A stretch of DNA of 63,955 nt, filler included, from Hausera hauseri (lineage: Eukaryota), in assembly GCA_046269625.1 (NCBI GenBank). It is 10 parts of 10 records of this genome, joined end to end, with 100 filler letters (N's around TTAATTAATTAA, not from the genome) between each part and the next. Parts side by side here need not be neighbours in the genome. Positions count along the whole stretch, not along the records: positions 59,518 to 63,955 come from JBJURY010581667.1; 9 more parts are not named here. One strand, written 5' to 3'. Position numbers and translations under genes: made by a program. The notes under the pieces were generated by a model, which ran no database searches, had not been told where the DNA came from, and saw only the letters and a list, made by a program, of their open reading frames with translations. Numbering within the stretch: position 1 is the stretch's first letter; every line of letters begins with the position of its first letter. Positions 62,991-63,955 of the stretch are shown piece after piece.

Positions 62991-63169
62991 CCATAGAAAC
63001 CCCTCGAAAAAGTCGTGAACACTTAACAAATTTAATATAATTGCAAATACAAAAATTTTAAAATGAGCGCGTGATTTGAATTAATTTGTTTCAAAAAATA
63101 ATTTTTGTTCTCACATAAATTGCTACCAAAATGCTGAAAAATACTGTTTTGATATGCGAATGAGGGAAT

Positions 63170-63580
63170 TAATAATGGACAAAGTCAACCAAAGGAGACT
63201 CTATCGTGGTATTCACAGTCAGCTTGGTGTTTCTATGGCCGGTATATCAAAAATTGTAAAGCAGTTCAAGAATACCGAGGATTTGAAGAATAAATTTGGA
63301 GGAAGACAATTCTTTCCAAAAGGGTAGAACGAGCTTTGGTGATGGAAGTAGGAAGAAATCCAACAGTAACGATGGGTTTGGCATTCATATTACCAGTCAA
63401 ACTGTGAACAATAATCTAGTAAAATTAGGTTTTCGTAATTCATCCATGGTTAAAAGGCCTCTTCTGACAGCACAACCCAGAAAGCTGCGCCTTGCTTTTG
63501 CTAAACGTTATGTTAATCAACGTGTTGTATTTACCGATGAGACGATGGTTTCCATTACAAATAATGCCAAACATCAAAGA
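63170..63580 (+). mobile_element. Tc1-like transposase remnant
   Basis: HTH YRGIHSQLGVSMAGISKIVKQF; ITSQTVNNNL..GF....KRPLLTAQPRKLRLAFAK...VVFTDE (first catalytic D); truncated. Confidence 0.8.
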
Positions 63581-63955
63581 GAACATGTATTTAATCTACT
63601 TAACTCGTTTTATATGGTTCGTGTATTCTATGAAAATAATTAAGTATTTATTTTATTATATTTCATATGAATGTTGCAGCAAATTCATGCAGCGTCCTAT
63701 TTGCAATTATATTAAATTTGTTTGAAATTTGTTGTGTTTACGACTTTTTGAGGGTATTGTAGAATTGAGCCAATCGGAATTTAGATCTATGGCATCCAAT
63801 CAGAACACAAATATGACGAAATGGTGCATGTGTGATATCATTTGGACATATCTGTCTTCTGATTGGATGCCACACGCATACATTTGAATTCTTATTTGCT
63901 GTAGGTAATGCGTGGGTGGATTCAACATTTTTCTCCACTTTTCACCAACATGCAT

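Overview
This window is not one locus and is not prokaryotic. It is ten contigs joined by identical artificial 100-bp spacers (N44-TTAATTAATTAA-N44): 1-5969, 6070-17786, 17887-25473, 25574-29638, 29739-38334, 38435-44233, 44334-48628, 48729-52790, 52891-59417 and 59518-63955. The content is AT-rich metazoan repeat DNA. It holds at least five decayed copies of a conventional Ty3/Gypsy LTR retrotransposon family, a decayed Maverick/Polinton-type protein-primed PolB, Tc1, mariner, Harbinger and hAT remnants, intronless decayed host-gene fragments (OGDH, CAD dihydroorotase, KIF21, ALG10, EGF-VWA, Tudor), two teleost-like BAG3 exons and a gastropod-like GPCR exon. The standout is a second, giant Gypsy-type element seen as two divergent copies (6070-17786 and 48729-52790, minus strand). 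Its order is gag - ~3.6 kb unknown helical region with an AT-hook - chuvirus-like fusion glycoprotein - PR-RT-RNaseH-IN - in-frame type I membrane protein with a variable Cys-patterned ectodomain - accessory ORF with an apparently inactive REX4/ISG20-like DEDDh exonuclease domain. The env-like gene lies between gag and pol rather than after pol. A second candidate novelty is a ubiquitin/Sde2-like leader ending (R/C)GG|M in front of the putative Gag start of the conventional family. All family assignments come from motif recognition by eye; no searches were run.
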